Below, piece after piece: positions 10,802 through 21,048 of a stretch of 64,000 nucleotides of DNA. The notes below the pieces were generated by a model. That model searched no databases. It had not been told where the DNA came from and saw only the letters and a list, made by a program, of their open reading frames with translations. Position numbers and translations under genes: made by a program. Within the stretch, counting starts at the first letter, position 1; every line of letters begins with the position of its first letter. The stretch is from NCBI GenBank assembly GCA_902526045.1, contig CABZJI010000002.1, positions 78,503 through 142,502 of the forward strand. Direction: 5' to 3'. This stretch comes from an uncultured SAR86 cluster bacterium (GTDB lineage Bacteria > Pseudomonadota > Gammaproteobacteria > Magnimaribacterales > AG-339-G14).

Positions 10802-11563
10802 TTAACTACTATCTTTTAAAGATCTAACAGCTGTAAAAGTTTCTAATTCAGAGGGATCATCTAATTTAGCAAAATCTTTTATATTTTTTTTGATTTCAGC
10901 AACATGAGATCTTAGAAATGGATTTATATTCTTTTCTAATTCTAAATTAGTAGGCAAGGAAATTTCATCATTCATTCTTTTTTTATCTATCTTGCTTTTA
11001 TATTCGACTAGATCATCATTGCCAGGCTCAACCTTAACTGCAAAATCTAAATTACTTTGTGTATATTCATGGGTACAATAAATTTTCGTGGATTTGTCAA
11101 GAATAGACAATTTAGATAAAGACTCATACATTTGATTTGGCGTTCCCTCAAAGATTCTTCCGCAACCGCCTGAAAATAAAGTATCTCCACAAAATAAAAC
11201 GTTTTGTTCCTCAGAATGGTAAGCAATATGATCTAAAGTATGGCCAGGTACTTCTATGATTTTAAAAGAAAAACCATGAATTGAGATTTCATCATTTTCT
11301 TTTAATTTTATTTCCACTCCATTAAAGGGCGAATCATAAGGACCATAAACATTACATTCATAGGATTTTTTTAATTGTTCCACGCCACCAGTATGGTCAT
11401 AGTGATGATGAGTAATTAGTATATTTTCTAGCCTCAAATTTTTTTCTAACAAATAGTTATTAACTACACTTGCATCCCCTGGATCTATCGCAGTAGCTTT
11501 ACCATTTTCTTCAATAAGCCATATATAATTATCTGTGAAAGCTGGTAGAGGTAAAATGTTCAT
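10802..11563 (-). CDS. gloB: Hydroxyacylglutathione hydrolase (glyoxalase II)
   Basis: PAFTDNYIW, THHHYDHTGG, PGHTLDH, FCGDTLFSGGCGR and CTHEYT motifs. Start taken at MNILPLP. Confidence 0.95.
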   Translation of the reverse strand: MNILPLPAFTDNYIWLIEENGKATAIDPGDASVVNNYLLEKNLRLENILITHHHYDHTGGVEQLKKSYECNVYGPYDSPFNGVEIKLKENDEISIHGFSFKIIEVPGHTLDHIAYHSEEQNVLFCGDTLFSGGCGRIFEGTPNQMYESLSKLSILDKSTKIYCTHEYTQSNLDFAVKVEPGNDDLVEYKSKIDKKRMNDEISLPTNLELEKNINPFLRSHVAEIKKNIKDFAKLDDPSELETFTAVRSLKDSS

Positions 11564-11612
11564 AAAAAATAATTTTACCACTTGTAATCAGAATTTTTTA
11601 TCTAGATTTGAT

Positions 11613-12041
11613 TTGAGCATTAAAATTTATACAGACGGCGCTTGTAAAGGTAACCCAGGCGATGGCGGTTGGGGAGCCTTAATTATTTATCCTGAAAACG
11701 AAAAGGAGATTTTTGGCTATGAAGAAAATACTACCAATAATAGAATGGAACTTCTCGCAGCTATAAAAGCCCTAGAAGCTATGACAGGAAAAGCAGAAGT
11801 GACAATTTATACTGACTCAATGTATCTTCAACAAGGTATAACTAGTTGGATAAATAATTGGAAATTAAATAATTGGAAAACTTCTTCAAAAAAGGATGTA
11901 AAGAATGCAGATCTTTGGAAAAGACTAGATGAATTATCAGTTAATCTCAAAGTGACTTGGAGCTGGGTAAAAGCTCATAGTGGGCATCCTCAAAATGAGA
12001 GAGCTGATTTTTTAGCAAATCAAGGTATTTTACTTAAATGA
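11613..12041 (+). CDS. rnhA: Ribonuclease HI
   Basis: IYTDGACKGNPGDGGWG, TTNNRMEL and WVKAHSGHPQNERAD motifs. TTG start at 11613 is likelier than the track start, which overlaps gloB. Confidence 0.95.
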   Translation: MSIKIYTDGACKGNPGDGGWGALIIYPENEKEIFGYEENTTNNRMELLAAIKALEAMTGKAEVTIYTDSMYLQQGITSWINNWKLNNWKTSSKKDVKNADLWKRLDELSVNLKVTWSWVKAHSGHPQNERADFLANQGILLK

Positions 12042-12700
12042 GGCAGATAACTTTAGATACTGAGACAACAGGTCTTGATGTTTCTAATGGTCACAGAGTG
12101 ATTGAAATAGGATGTACTGAAATCATTGATAGAAAATTTACAGGTGAAGAACTACACTTTTATTTAAATCCGGAAAGAGATATTGATCCTGGTGCTGAAG
12201 CAGTTCATGGTCTTTCTAAAGAATTTCTATCGGATAAGCCATTTTTTTCAGATATAGCAGAAGATCTTCTTACTTTTTTAGAAGATGCTGAGATTCTTAT
12301 GCATAATGCAGAATTTGATTTAGGTTTTCTCAATAATGAAATAACCATTTTAGAATCTGATTATCCTACAATTGAAACCGTTTCATCGAACGTTATTGAT
12401 ACCCTTCAATTGGCGAGAGCCATGCATCCAGGACAAAGAAATAGCTTAGACGCGTTAGTGGATAGATATCAAGTTCAAGGATACGATAGAAATTATCACG
12501 GAGCATTGTTAGATTCAAAAATCCTTGCTGAAGTTTATTTGTCAATGACAGGAGGTCAGACAAGCATTGGTTTTAGTCAAGAAATGTCCCATTCAGGCGA
12601 ATCAATTAGAAAATCTAATGAACAGAATTTTTTTAAAGTCAGAGTTTCTGAGGAAGAATCAAATCAACATCTTAATTACTTAAAATCTATTAGAGAATGA
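12038..12700 (+). CDS. dnaQ: DNA polymerase III epsilon subunit
   Basis: LDTETTG, HNAEFD, HGALLDS and YLSMTGGQ motifs. Confidence 0.96.
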   Translation: MRQITLDTETTGLDVSNGHRVIEIGCTEIIDRKFTGEELHFYLNPERDIDPGAEAVHGLSKEFLSDKPFFSDIAEDLLTFLEDAEILMHNAEFDLGFLNNEITILESDYPTIETVSSNVIDTLQLARAMHPGQRNSLDALVDRYQVQGYDRNYHGALLDSKILAEVYLSMTGGQTSIGFSQEMSHSGESIRKSNEQNFFKVRVSEEESNQHLNYLKSIRE

Positions 12701-14058
12701 CAGAAAGAACTAGATTTGCACCAAGTCCAACCGGCCATTTGCACATAGGCGGTGCTAGGACCGCCTTATTTTCTTGGTTATTCGCAAGATCCAAAGGCGG
12801 TAAATTTCTACTCAGATTTGAAGATACAGATGTTGAAAGATCGAAAGATGAATTTAAATACTCAATTTTAAAATCTTTGGAATGGCTTAATCTTGTCCCA
12901 GATGAAGAACCCATATATCAGTCTAGAAACTTAGAAAGACATAAATCTACAGCCTTATCTTTATTTGAGCAGGGTGCAGCTTATTACTGTGATTGTTCTA
13001 TTGAGGAGTTAGAAGAACTTCGTGCTGTTCAGATAAAAAATAAACAAAAGCCCATGTATGACGGGCGTAGCAGAGATAAAAATTTAGAATACGAAGGAAA
13101 AAATGTTCTTCGCTATAAAATGCCTGCTGTTTCAACTTCTTTTAAAGATTTAATTTTGGGAGATATTACCGTAGATAATAAAGAATTAGATGATTTTATT
13201 ATTTTGAGAGCAGATGGAACTCCTACTTATAATTTTTGCGCAGCGGTAGACGATCTAGATATGAAAATTTCAACAGTCATTCGAGGAGATGATCACCTAA
13301 CTAATACAATTAAGCAACTCAATATAGTTAAGTCACTCAATGGAAATATTCCTAGTTATGCTCATCTACCTATGGTTTTATCAGAGTCGGGAAAAAGGTT
13401 ATCAAAAAGAGATGGTGCTCTGGATATTATGGACTATAAATCTGAAGGCTACTTAAGCGAGGCGCTACTAAATTATATAGTCAGATTAGGCTGGTCCAAG
13501 GATGAGATTGAGAAATTCACAATGGATGAATTATTATCATATTTTGACCTAACAGATATAAATTCTTCTGCCTCAAAATTTTCACAACAACTGTTAGATT
13601 GGTATAACAATGAATATTTAAAAAATTCTTCAAATAAATACATTCTAGAGAAAATAAATGAAGGAAATCAAAAAATTGATCCAGCCACGCCTAAAATATT
13701 AGAGATTATTGAGGTCTTAAAAAAAGGTGCTAAAACTCTGGTTGAAATAGAGCAATCAATTTTAATGTTTACAGAAAAACCTAACATAGATGCTGATCAT
13801 GAACTTAAAAACCAAGAAAATAGAGAATTACTTCTAGACTTTATCAGTCAATTTAGAGAAGTAGATTACTCCAATATTGAGGATTTAAATATCTTTATTA
13901 AGGCATATATAAAAGCAAAAGAAATTAAATTTCCCCAACTAGGTAAACCGATGAGATACGCTCTAACCGGCAAGTCTAATGCGCCAAGTATAGGTGAATT
14001 ATTATTTCTAATCGGTAAAGAAGACTCTTTAGTAAGATTAGAAAATTTTACAAAATAA
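12697..14058 (+). CDS. gltX: Glutamate--tRNA ligase
   Basis: RTRFAPSPTGHLHIGGART, IRGDDH and KRLSKR motifs, plus the anticodon-binding C-terminus. Confidence 0.96.
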   Translation: MTERTRFAPSPTGHLHIGGARTALFSWLFARSKGGKFLLRFEDTDVERSKDEFKYSILKSLEWLNLVPDEEPIYQSRNLERHKSTALSLFEQGAAYYCDCSIEELEELRAVQIKNKQKPMYDGRSRDKNLEYEGKNVLRYKMPAVSTSFKDLILGDITVDNKELDDFIILRADGTPTYNFCAAVDDLDMKISTVIRGDDHLTNTIKQLNIVKSLNGNIPSYAHLPMVLSESGKRLSKRDGALDIMDYKSEGYLSEALLNYIVRLGWSKDEIEKFTMDELLSYFDLTDINSSASKFSQQLLDWYNNEYLKNSSNKYILEKINEGNQKIDPATPKILEIIEVLKKGAKTLVEIEQSILMFTEKPNIDADHELKNQENRELLLDFISQFREVDYSNIEDLNIFIKAYIKAKEIKFPQLGKPMRYALTGKSNAPSIGELLFLIGKEDSLVRLENFTK

Positions 14059-14086
14059 AAAAAGGAGCCTATAGGCTCCTTTTTTT
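14057..14086. terminator. Bidirectional Rho-independent terminator
   Basis: A7-ggagcct-at-aggctcc-T7 between convergent genes. Confidence 0.9.
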
Positions 14087-14100
14087 ATAATAAGAAAGGT

Positions 14101-14877
14101 TTATTCACTCCAATTTGTATTACCTGGTAATGCAGAAGATAACATCAAAGAATTTTGAGTGCAGTCTTGAAGTGGCTCAAATAATTGAGTTTGCATTGCA
14201 GCTCCACCTGTAGACATCAATGCAGCTAGTTCTGCTAACGCAGCATCACTTTCTAACACCATCATTGTTGCAAAATCATAATCTGTGGTTTGACCAGCAA
14301 CTGGGAAGATATTAAACATGGCCACTTTATTAGCCATTCCTCCAGCATCGAGAAATGCATTCATTTTTGAATATGCGGAATTAAAGTCCATCATAGAAGC
14401 ATTTTCTTTAGAGGTACACAACGCTGTAAACACGGGTCTGATGTCAGTAGGCACCCATCCATCTGCCTGCTTTGTTGGGAACATAACTCCCATTAAGTGG
14501 CCCATGCAATCTGATGGTCCCATAACTCTTTCAAACTTTTTCAACATATCGCCAGATCCATTTCTAACCCAGTTGAAATGAGATTTTGTAAAGTTTTCCC
14601 AACTGTTTGCTACACCAAACCACATTGATTTACCGTGAATTGAAGCGCCAGCGAAATCGGCTGTGAAAATATATGCATTATAGTTTTCTAAACCAACTGG
14701 ATCATTTTCTTCTTGCCACTCTCTCCACTCAGCACCCACTTCCATCATATCCTCAATGTTTTTTCCTTTTTCATAGGAACACCCATAGTACATTTCAACG
14801 GGGAAGGTCGGAGGCATGCTCTGTGCCATTATCGCCCCTGAACTTAGAAGGGCAACGATTATTAATAGTTTTTTCAT
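14101..14877 (-). CDS. Secreted hypothetical protein with two internal copies of a Cys-bracketed domain
   Basis: Signal peptide MKKLLIIVALLSSGAIMA, strong AGGAG RBS; both halves resemble the neighbouring 135 aa protein. Confidence 0.8.
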   Translation of the reverse strand: MKKLLIIVALLSSGAIMAQSMPPTFPVEMYYGCSYEKGKNIEDMMEVGAEWREWQEENDPVGLENYNAYIFTADFAGASIHGKSMWFGVANSWENFTKSHFNWVRNGSGDMLKKFERVMGPSDCMGHLMGVMFPTKQADGWVPTDIRPVFTALCTSKENASMMDFNSAYSKMNAFLDAGGMANKVAMFNIFPVAGQTTDYDFATMMVLESDAALAELAALMSTGGAAMQTQLFEPLQDCTQNSLMLSSALPGNTNWSE

Positions 14878-14901
14878 ATTTATCTCCTTATTAAAAATTC
14901 A

Positions 14902-15309
14902 TTAATCCATGTTACTCCAAGGATTTTCAATCATTACTAATGATCTTGTAGGACAATTAGCAATCTTAAGCCACCTTGAAAAAATTTTATCTCCTTCACC
15001 ATTGGTAAAGAAATTTTGAAATCCACCACCCATCTCAGTGAAGTCAGGCCAGGCAGTCATTAAGGCGAACCCATTCGGATTCATATCGCCCATAAATGTG
15101 GTGAAGATCCATTGGCCACCTTTCATTCCATTTTTTTCTGAAAACGCCTCCACGTCTTTAGAAACTTGTCTCACATCAGCAAGAGTAAAGCCCTCGTTTA
15201 ACTCACAAAGCCACATTTCAGCTGGAACCGGAGCAGAGGTATCTTGTGAAAAAGACATTCCCGATATCACTAAGATAACTACAGAAATTAAATATTTAAG
15301 ATTTTTCAT
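14902..15309 (-). CDS. Secreted hypothetical protein, single-domain relative of 14101-14877
   Basis: Signal peptide, AAGGAG RBS, PAEMWLC...IFT...NGEGD...C pattern. Confidence 0.8.
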   Translation of the reverse strand: MKNLKYLISVVILVISGMSFSQDTSAPVPAEMWLCELNEGFTLADVRQVSKDVEAFSEKNGMKGGQWIFTTFMGDMNPNGFALMTAWPDFTEMGGGFQNFFTNGEGDKIFSRWLKIANCPTRSLVMIENPWSNMD

Positions 15310-15446
15310 TTTTACTCTCCTTATAAAATATCTTTCTTCATTAATTTAACTTATAAATCAATTAATTAATACTAATTGATCAAGTTAAAAAATGTTAAAG
15401 ATTTATTGATGATATTTATGAACGACCTTAAATTTTTTGAAAAATG

Positions 15447-16730
15447 TTAATCTTCTGCTAAGTCTCTTTTTAACTCTGAGCTTGCTAGTGAAGCATGATT
15501 TAAAATATTTCTTCCCATAGAAGAAGATTGAATCTTTGAGAAAGAAGAGAATATTTTTATGCGAGCACTATGCATTTTTTCCGAATCAGGATCAGCATGA
15601 AGAGCTGTTTCAATAAGATGCGCTGCAATGTTGTGATTTCCAGCCTCTGATTCAAACAGTGCTTGATCAATAATCTTATCTAAGGAACCAACCAGCTCTA
15701 GCCACTTTTTTGCCTCCTCTGATCTTGGAGTCGGAAATAATCTGTCGTATTCTCCATCCCACCAGCCTCCATACCTTCGCCATATCATTCTAATTAAAAA
15801 CTGTGGATCATCGTATACCGGTTTTAACCAAGGTAATTTCATAGCGACTTTATTAAATTTCACATTATGGATTACGAAGTCCAAAGTTTTACCTCTATTC
15901 ATGTATGAAAGCACTTGCTCCTCAATGTCATTGAGAAAGGTCGCTGTTGTCTCTAGCGCTTTTTTTATAATTTCAGCACCAAACATAGGATAACCGTGTC
16001 CAGGCAACATAATTTCAACATCAAGTTCAGCCATCTCTCTCAATGCAGTAGCCCAATCCGATATGTATCTTTGAACTTTTTGGGGATTTCCTCCATTTGG
16101 TACAGCCCAAATAAATAAATCACCTGGAAGAAGGATTTTTTCTTGAGGAATGTAAGCCCATATATGATCATCAGTTTCCCCTCTAGCAGGATTTAAAAAA
16201 AATTCAGTCTCTCCAACTGTAAAGCTCATCTTTTTATCAACAAGGATATCGGGATATCTGTAACTATCAGGCCAGCTAAACTGGGGAACGTTGATAGCAA
16301 ACTGTCTTCTGTTAATTGCTGTATTCCATCCAAGAGTTTTCTTGTACCTATCAAAGTGATCAGGTAGTAACTTATGAGCATAGACAATCGGTCTATCTCT
16401 GTTTAATGAATCAGCCTCACGATCAAATTTTTCAACTGCAAATACATGATCCACATGATGATGGGTATAGATAGCTGCTTTTAAAGGTGCATCGGGTCTC
16501 CAATTTCTAATATCCTCAAACGCTCTATCGACATCCAGGATGCTGCCCGTATCGAGTAAAACCAGTCCATTCCCAGTATCCAGAACATAAAAACCGGCTA
16601 TCCCCTTAAATGCTAAAAGATTTTCATTAATTTCAGTTGAACCATCAATAAATGCATGTACAGGATGATATTCAAACTCAAGATCTAATTCATCATTGAT
16701 CGCTTTACTTGCTAATTCCTTTAAATCCAT
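15447..16730 (-). CDS. Alkyl/aryl sulfatase-like metallo-beta-lactamase-fold hydrolase (SdsA-like)
   Basis: THHHVDH, GETDD, PGDLFIW..PN, PGHG and YGGWWDG motifs; no C-terminal SCP2 domain evident. Confidence 0.8.
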   Translation of the reverse strand: MDLKELASKAINDELDLEFEYHPVHAFIDGSTEINENLLAFKGIAGFYVLDTGNGLVLLDTGSILDVDRAFEDIRNWRPDAPLKAAIYTHHHVDHVFAVEKFDREADSLNRDRPIVYAHKLLPDHFDRYKKTLGWNTAINRRQFAINVPQFSWPDSYRYPDILVDKKMSFTVGETEFFLNPARGETDDHIWAYIPQEKILLPGDLFIWAVPNGGNPQKVQRYISDWATALREMAELDVEIMLPGHGYPMFGAEIIKKALETTATFLNDIEEQVLSYMNRGKTLDFVIHNVKFNKVAMKLPWLKPVYDDPQFLIRMIWRRYGGWWDGEYDRLFPTPRSEEAKKWLELVGSLDKIIDQALFESEAGNHNIAAHLIETALHADPDSEKMHSARIKIFSSFSKIQSSSMGRNILNHASLASSELKRDLAED

Positions 16731-16795
16731 AATAACCTAACCATAAAAATATTTTTAAAAACCCAGGTATCTAAATATAGCACTGAATTAATAGA

Positions 16796-18019
16796 ATGCG
16801 TTTTCAGCACACAGAACAAACACTTCAACTAATTTCTAAGTTAGACAGATTTATGGATGAATATATATATCCAAATGAGGAAACTTATGCTGATCAAATG
16901 ACCATTTTTAGAAATGACGGGAATCCTTGGCAAACAGTTCCGATAGTAGAGGACTTAAAAAAAATTGCTAAAGGAAAGGGTCTTTGGAATTTCTTTCTAC
17001 CTACTAGTGAATATGGCTATGGATTAACGAATCTTGAATATGCTCCTCTTGCAGAAATAATGGGAAGAGTAGGTTGGTCATCTGAAGTTTTTAATTGCTC
17101 TGCGCCAGATACTGGAAATATGGAAGTCTTAGAAAGGTTTGGTAGCGATGAGCAAAAAGAGAAATGGCTGAAACCTCTTTTAGAAGGAGAAATAAGATCA
17201 TGTTTTGCAATGACTGAACCTAAAGTTGCTTCCTCTGATGCTACAAACATTTCTTCTTCAATAGAGCTAGATGGAGATCATTATGTTATCAACGGAGAAA
17301 AATGGTGGGCATCTGGTGTCGGTCATCCAAATTGTAAATTCTTAATTTTTATGGGAGTGAGCAATCCTGAAAGCCCAAAATATCAAAGACAATCACAGAT
17401 TATCGTACCTTTAGATTCGCCCGGGATAAAACTCAAAAGGTATCTGACTGTTTATGGTGCAGATCATGCACCCCATGGACACGGTCACCTTGTATTTGAG
17501 GATGTAAGAGTCCCTAGAGAAAATATGATTTTGGGTGAAGGCAGAGGATTTGAAATTGCTCAAGGAAGACTTGGGCCAGGAAGAATTCATCATTGTATGA
17601 GAATTATCGGTCTTGCAGAGAGAGCCCTGGAAATCTTGTGTAAACGCTCTCTCGACAGAGAAGCTTTTGGTAAGAAATTAGCAGAACTTGGAGGTAACTA
17701 CGATGTAATTGCAAATTGTCGGATAGATTTAGAGATGGCAAGACTATCTACCTTAAGAGCAGCTTACATGATGGATGAGGTCGGTAATAAGATAGCGAGA
17801 AGTGAGATAGCTCAAATCAAAGTATCTGTTCCCTCAATGGCTGTGAAGATCATAGATGCGGCCATTCAAATTCACGGCGGAGAGGGTGTTTCGCAAGATA
17901 CTATTCTCGCTGGATTATTTCAATCTACCAGATATCTTCGAATTGGAGACGGTCCAGATGAAGTGCATAGAAGAACAGTTGCAAGAGAGGAACTGGGCAA
18001 ACTTAGAGCTTCATCATAA
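16796..18019 (+). CDS. Acyl-CoA dehydrogenase (ACAD10/11-like)
   Basis: [41 protein letters not shown] and [10 protein letters not shown] motifs. Confidence 0.93.
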   Translation: MRFQHTEQTLQLISKLDRFMDEYIYPNEETYADQMTIFRNDGNPWQTVPIVEDLKKIAKGKGLWNFFLPTSEYGYGLTNLEYAPLAEIMGRVGWSSEVFNCSAPDTGNMEVLERFGSDEQKEKWLKPLLEGEIRSCFAMTEPKVASSDATNISSSIELDGDHYVINGEKWWASGVGHPNCKFLIFMGVSNPESPKYQRQSQIIVPLDSPGIKLKRYLTVYGADHAPHGHGHLVFEDVRVPRENMILGEGRGFEIAQGRLGPGRIHHCMRIIGLAERALEILCKRSLDREAFGKKLAELGGNYDVIANCRIDLEMARLSTLRAAYMMDEVGNKIARSEIAQIKVSVPSMAVKIIDAAIQIHGGEGVSQDTILAGLFQSTRYLRIGDGPDEVHRRTVAREELGKLRASS

Positions 18020-18028
18020 AAATTTATT

Positions 18029-18037
18029 TGTTAAGAT
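18029..18037 (+). promoter_or_regulatory. Extended -10 (TGnTAAGAT) 6 nt upstream of ATG; putative leaderless promoter
   Basis: tg-t-TAAGAT-ttccct-ATG with no Shine-Dalgarno. Confidence 0.55.
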
Positions 18038-18043
18038 TTCCCT

Positions 18044-19975
18044 ATGAAAAAATCCATTCTAATTATTTCAATTGTCCTTTCGTTGTCATCATTCTCTCTA
18101 GATTACAAAGATTTTGGAAAATTACCTTTTTTCAGTAATGTCACCATTTCTCCTGATGGAGAGAAAATAGCAGCTCTAGCTAACATTGAGGAAAAGCCTT
18201 ATATTGTAGTCACTGAATTCGGTTCAACTAATTTTAATCCCATCGCATCGCTAAAGAATGAATACGATCGTCTGGAATGGATTGAATGGGCCAACAATGA
18301 AAAAATCATTTTTCAAACAAGCAAGGCAGAAAAAGTTCGTGAAAGAACTTTTAGGGTATACGACTTAAACACTATAAATTCAGATGGCTCAAATTTTAAA
18401 GTTATTGAAAATAAATCCATTTACAAAGATAAGCAAAATTCAAATATTTCTAAATACGAAAGTATTTCTCTGGTTGATATTCTAGAGGATGATGAAAGCA
18501 AAATATTAGTATCTAGCTATGATCCTAGGGAAAGAGCAGCTGCTATTTTCGAAGTTAATTTAAAGAATAATAGATTTAAAAAAATTGAGTCACCGTTTAT
18601 TGATCAGGATGGCGATAGAGTTACAAGCTTCATTGTCTCTGAAGGAAAAATTCAATTTGCTGATTACTACGATTCCGATGCAGGCATAGCTAAAATTTTC
18701 TATCGACCAAAAAAAGAAGATAGCTGGATTGAAATATACAGAGCGAATACAGAAGATCTTGCAACAGATAGCTTTTCAGTTGGAGGTGTGGATAAAACAG
18801 ACGGTAATTTATTCATATATTCTAATTTTGATAGTAATTTCTCATACATATCAAAATTCAATGTTGAAACAGGAAAATTAAGTGATCCTATTTATCAAAA
18901 AAAAGATCATGAAATCGTAGTTCTAGAAGTTGAAGAAGGTGATATTAAGATGGTCTGTTACGAAAAATTTACTAGGGAATGCGATTTATTTGATCCCGAA
19001 GAAAACGGCATCATAAAAGCTCTAAAAAATTCATTTCCAGATCATTACATCAATATAAGTTCTTACAGCAAAGACTTTTCTAGATTTATTGCAACAATTC
19101 GGAATTCTAATTCACCAGCAAAATATTTTGGATTTGATAAGAAGACCGTTAAATCCTTTTTTATTTCAAGTCAGTATCCACAATTAGAAAACAAAATTAA
19201 CTCTATTACTGAAGTTATTGAGTATAAATCTCGCGATGGATATCGATTGTATGGTTTTTTGACTATGCCAAAAGCTATAAAAAATCCGCCTATTATACTT
19301 TTTCCTCATGGCGGGCCTACAGCAAGAGATCGAGTTGACTTCTTCGATCCGTGGCTCCAAGCCATGGTCAGTCAGGGCTATGCAGTATTTCAACCGCAGT
19401 TCAGAGGTTCAGCTGGTTGGGGAAAAGACTATCAGGTTTCTGGCTATAGAGAATCAGGCAAAATGATGCAGAATGATATGATCGATGGCTTTGATTATGT
19501 TGTAAAAAATTACGATCTTGATGGCAATAAAGCTTGTATGGTTGGCGCCAGTTACGGAGGGTACGCTGCTTTGACTGGAAGTTTTCAATCTCAAGATAGA
19601 TTTAAATGTTTTGTGAGCGTTGCTGGAATTTCAGATTTTACAAAGTTAATGAGGTCTGAAACATTCTTTAGAGGTTCTGCCAAAATTAATAAAATTATGC
19701 ACGGAGACCCATTTGAAGATAAAGCTTACTTAGATTCTGTTTCTGCAATTAACCATACAGATGATATAAAGCGACCAATCTTATTAATTCATGGAACTTA
19801 CGATACTCAGGTGCCTCATAATCAATCGGCTATGTTCTATGACAAAATTAAAAACAGTAATAAATCAGTAGAATATTTTGAATTACCTAAAGCTACCCAT
19901 TATTTTGACGAACAAGGTAATAGATTTGTTATGTTCAAAGAGATAGAAAGATTTTTAGCAGAAAATCTTAATTAA
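18044..19975 (+). CDS. S9 family prolyl oligopeptidase / acylaminoacyl peptidase, secreted
   Basis: Signal peptide; PHGGP, QFRGSAGWG, nucleophile GASYGG, HGTYDTQV and ATH. Confidence 0.9.
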   Translation: MKKSILIISIVLSLSSFSLDYKDFGKLPFFSNVTISPDGEKIAALANIEEKPYIVVTEFGSTNFNPIASLKNEYDRLEWIEWANNEKIIFQTSKAEKVRERTFRVYDLNTINSDGSNFKVIENKSIYKDKQNSNISKYESISLVDILEDDESKILVSSYDPRERAAAIFEVNLKNNRFKKIESPFIDQDGDRVTSFIVSEGKIQFADYYDSDAGIAKIFYRPKKEDSWIEIYRANTEDLATDSFSVGGVDKTDGNLFIYSNFDSNFSYISKFNVETGKLSDPIYQKKDHEIVVLEVEEGDIKMVCYEKFTRECDLFDPEENGIIKALKNSFPDHYINISSYSKDFSRFIATIRNSNSPAKYFGFDKKTVKSFFISSQYPQLENKINSITEVIEYKSRDGYRLYGFLTMPKAIKNPPIILFPHGGPTARDRVDFFDPWLQAMVSQGYAVFQPQFRGSAGWGKDYQVSGYRESGKMMQNDMIDGFDYVVKNYDLDGNKACMVGASYGGYAALTGSFQSQDRFKCFVSVAGISDFTKLMRSETFFRGSAKINKIMHGDPFEDKAYLDSVSAINHTDDIKRPILLIHGTYDTQVPHNQSAMFYDKIKNSNKSVEYFELPKATHYFDEQGNRFVMFKEIERFLAENLN

Positions 19976-20991
19976 AGCTCTACCAGTTGCTTACCAATAT
20001 TTTGACCCGTAAATAATCTATTCAAGGCATCCGGACAATTCTCTATGCCAACGAGAATATCTTCCTGATGTTTAATTTTGTCATTTTCTAAATATTCTTC
20101 TAATTGCTCCAGAGCTTTTTGGGCTTTAGATAAATAATCCATCACCAAAAAACCCTCCATAGTTGCTCTTCTAATAACTAGATTCATGAGATTTCTTGGG
20201 CCAGGAAGAGGTTCGGTCGAGTTGTAACCAGAAATTCCACCACACAACAATATTTTTGCATTTAAATTGATATGATTAAGAGAAGATTCGAGAACTTCCC
20301 CCCCAACGTTATCAAAAAATAAATCTATACCATCTTTAGCTTTGGCTTTAAGTTCTTCAGCTACATTTGAATTTTTATAATCAATCACTTCGTCTAAACC
20401 GCAATCATTCTTGAGCCAATTACACTTTGTTTCTCCACCAGCTATTCCAATAACATGACAGCCATTAATTTTAGCTATTTGAGCAGCAACTGAACCTGTA
20501 GCGCCTGCAGCTCCTGAGACAAGTACATTCATTCCTTCTTGCACCTGCCCAAGTTCAACCATTCCATAATAGGCTGTGATACCTGTTGCACCTAAAACGT
20601 TAAGGGAAGTAGGAATAGGAAACTTATCATCAAGTTTTCTAAATCTTCCAGCTTCATCAGGAGTCGTTTTACAATAAGTTTGCCAACCAGCAAATCCAAT
20701 AACTAAATCACCGACTTGATAGTTATCGTTTTTAGATTCAATGACTTCACCTACTCCCATGGCTCTTACAACTTCATCTATCTGAACTGGCGGAAGGTAT
20801 CCGGGAGCGTCATTCAGCCAACCTCTTTGTGTTGGATCAAATGAAATATATTTATTTTTTAGCATGATTTCATTTTCTGAAAGCTCACTTATCTCTTCTT
20901 CTAATAGATCAAAATCACTTTTCTTCGCCATGCCTTCAGGTCTTTCTTTTAGAACCCATTTTTTGTTGATTATTTCATTCGAAATTGTCAT
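19972..20991 (-). CDS. NADP-dependent alkenal/prostaglandin reductase-like oxidoreductase (CurA/PTGR1 family)
   Basis: SFDPTQRGW, VSGAAGATGS, FFDNVGG and GQNIGKQLV motifs. Confidence 0.9.
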   Translation of the reverse strand: MTISNEIINKKWVLKERPEGMAKKSDFDLLEEEISELSENEIMLKNKYISFDPTQRGWLNDAPGYLPPVQIDEVVRAMGVGEVIESKNDNYQVGDLVIGFAGWQTYCKTTPDEAGRFRKLDDKFPIPTSLNVLGATGITAYYGMVELGQVQEGMNVLVSGAAGATGSVAAQIAKINGCHVIGIAGGETKCNWLKNDCGLDEVIDYKNSNVAEELKAKAKDGIDLFFDNVGGEVLESSLNHINLNAKILLCGGISGYNSTEPLPGPRNLMNLVIRRATMEGFLVMDYLSKAQKALEQLEEYLENDKIKHQEDILVGIENCPDALNRLFTGQNIGKQLVEL

Positions 20992-21048
20992 TTATTCCCC
21001 GTAATTAAAATTTTGTATATTTGCCCATTAAAGTTACTATTTAGGCAA

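Noticed and set aside
11535-11612. Apparent head-to-head overlap of gloB and rnhA
   Set aside because: An artefact of longest-ORF starts; homology-consistent starts (11563 and 11613) leave a 49-nt gap.
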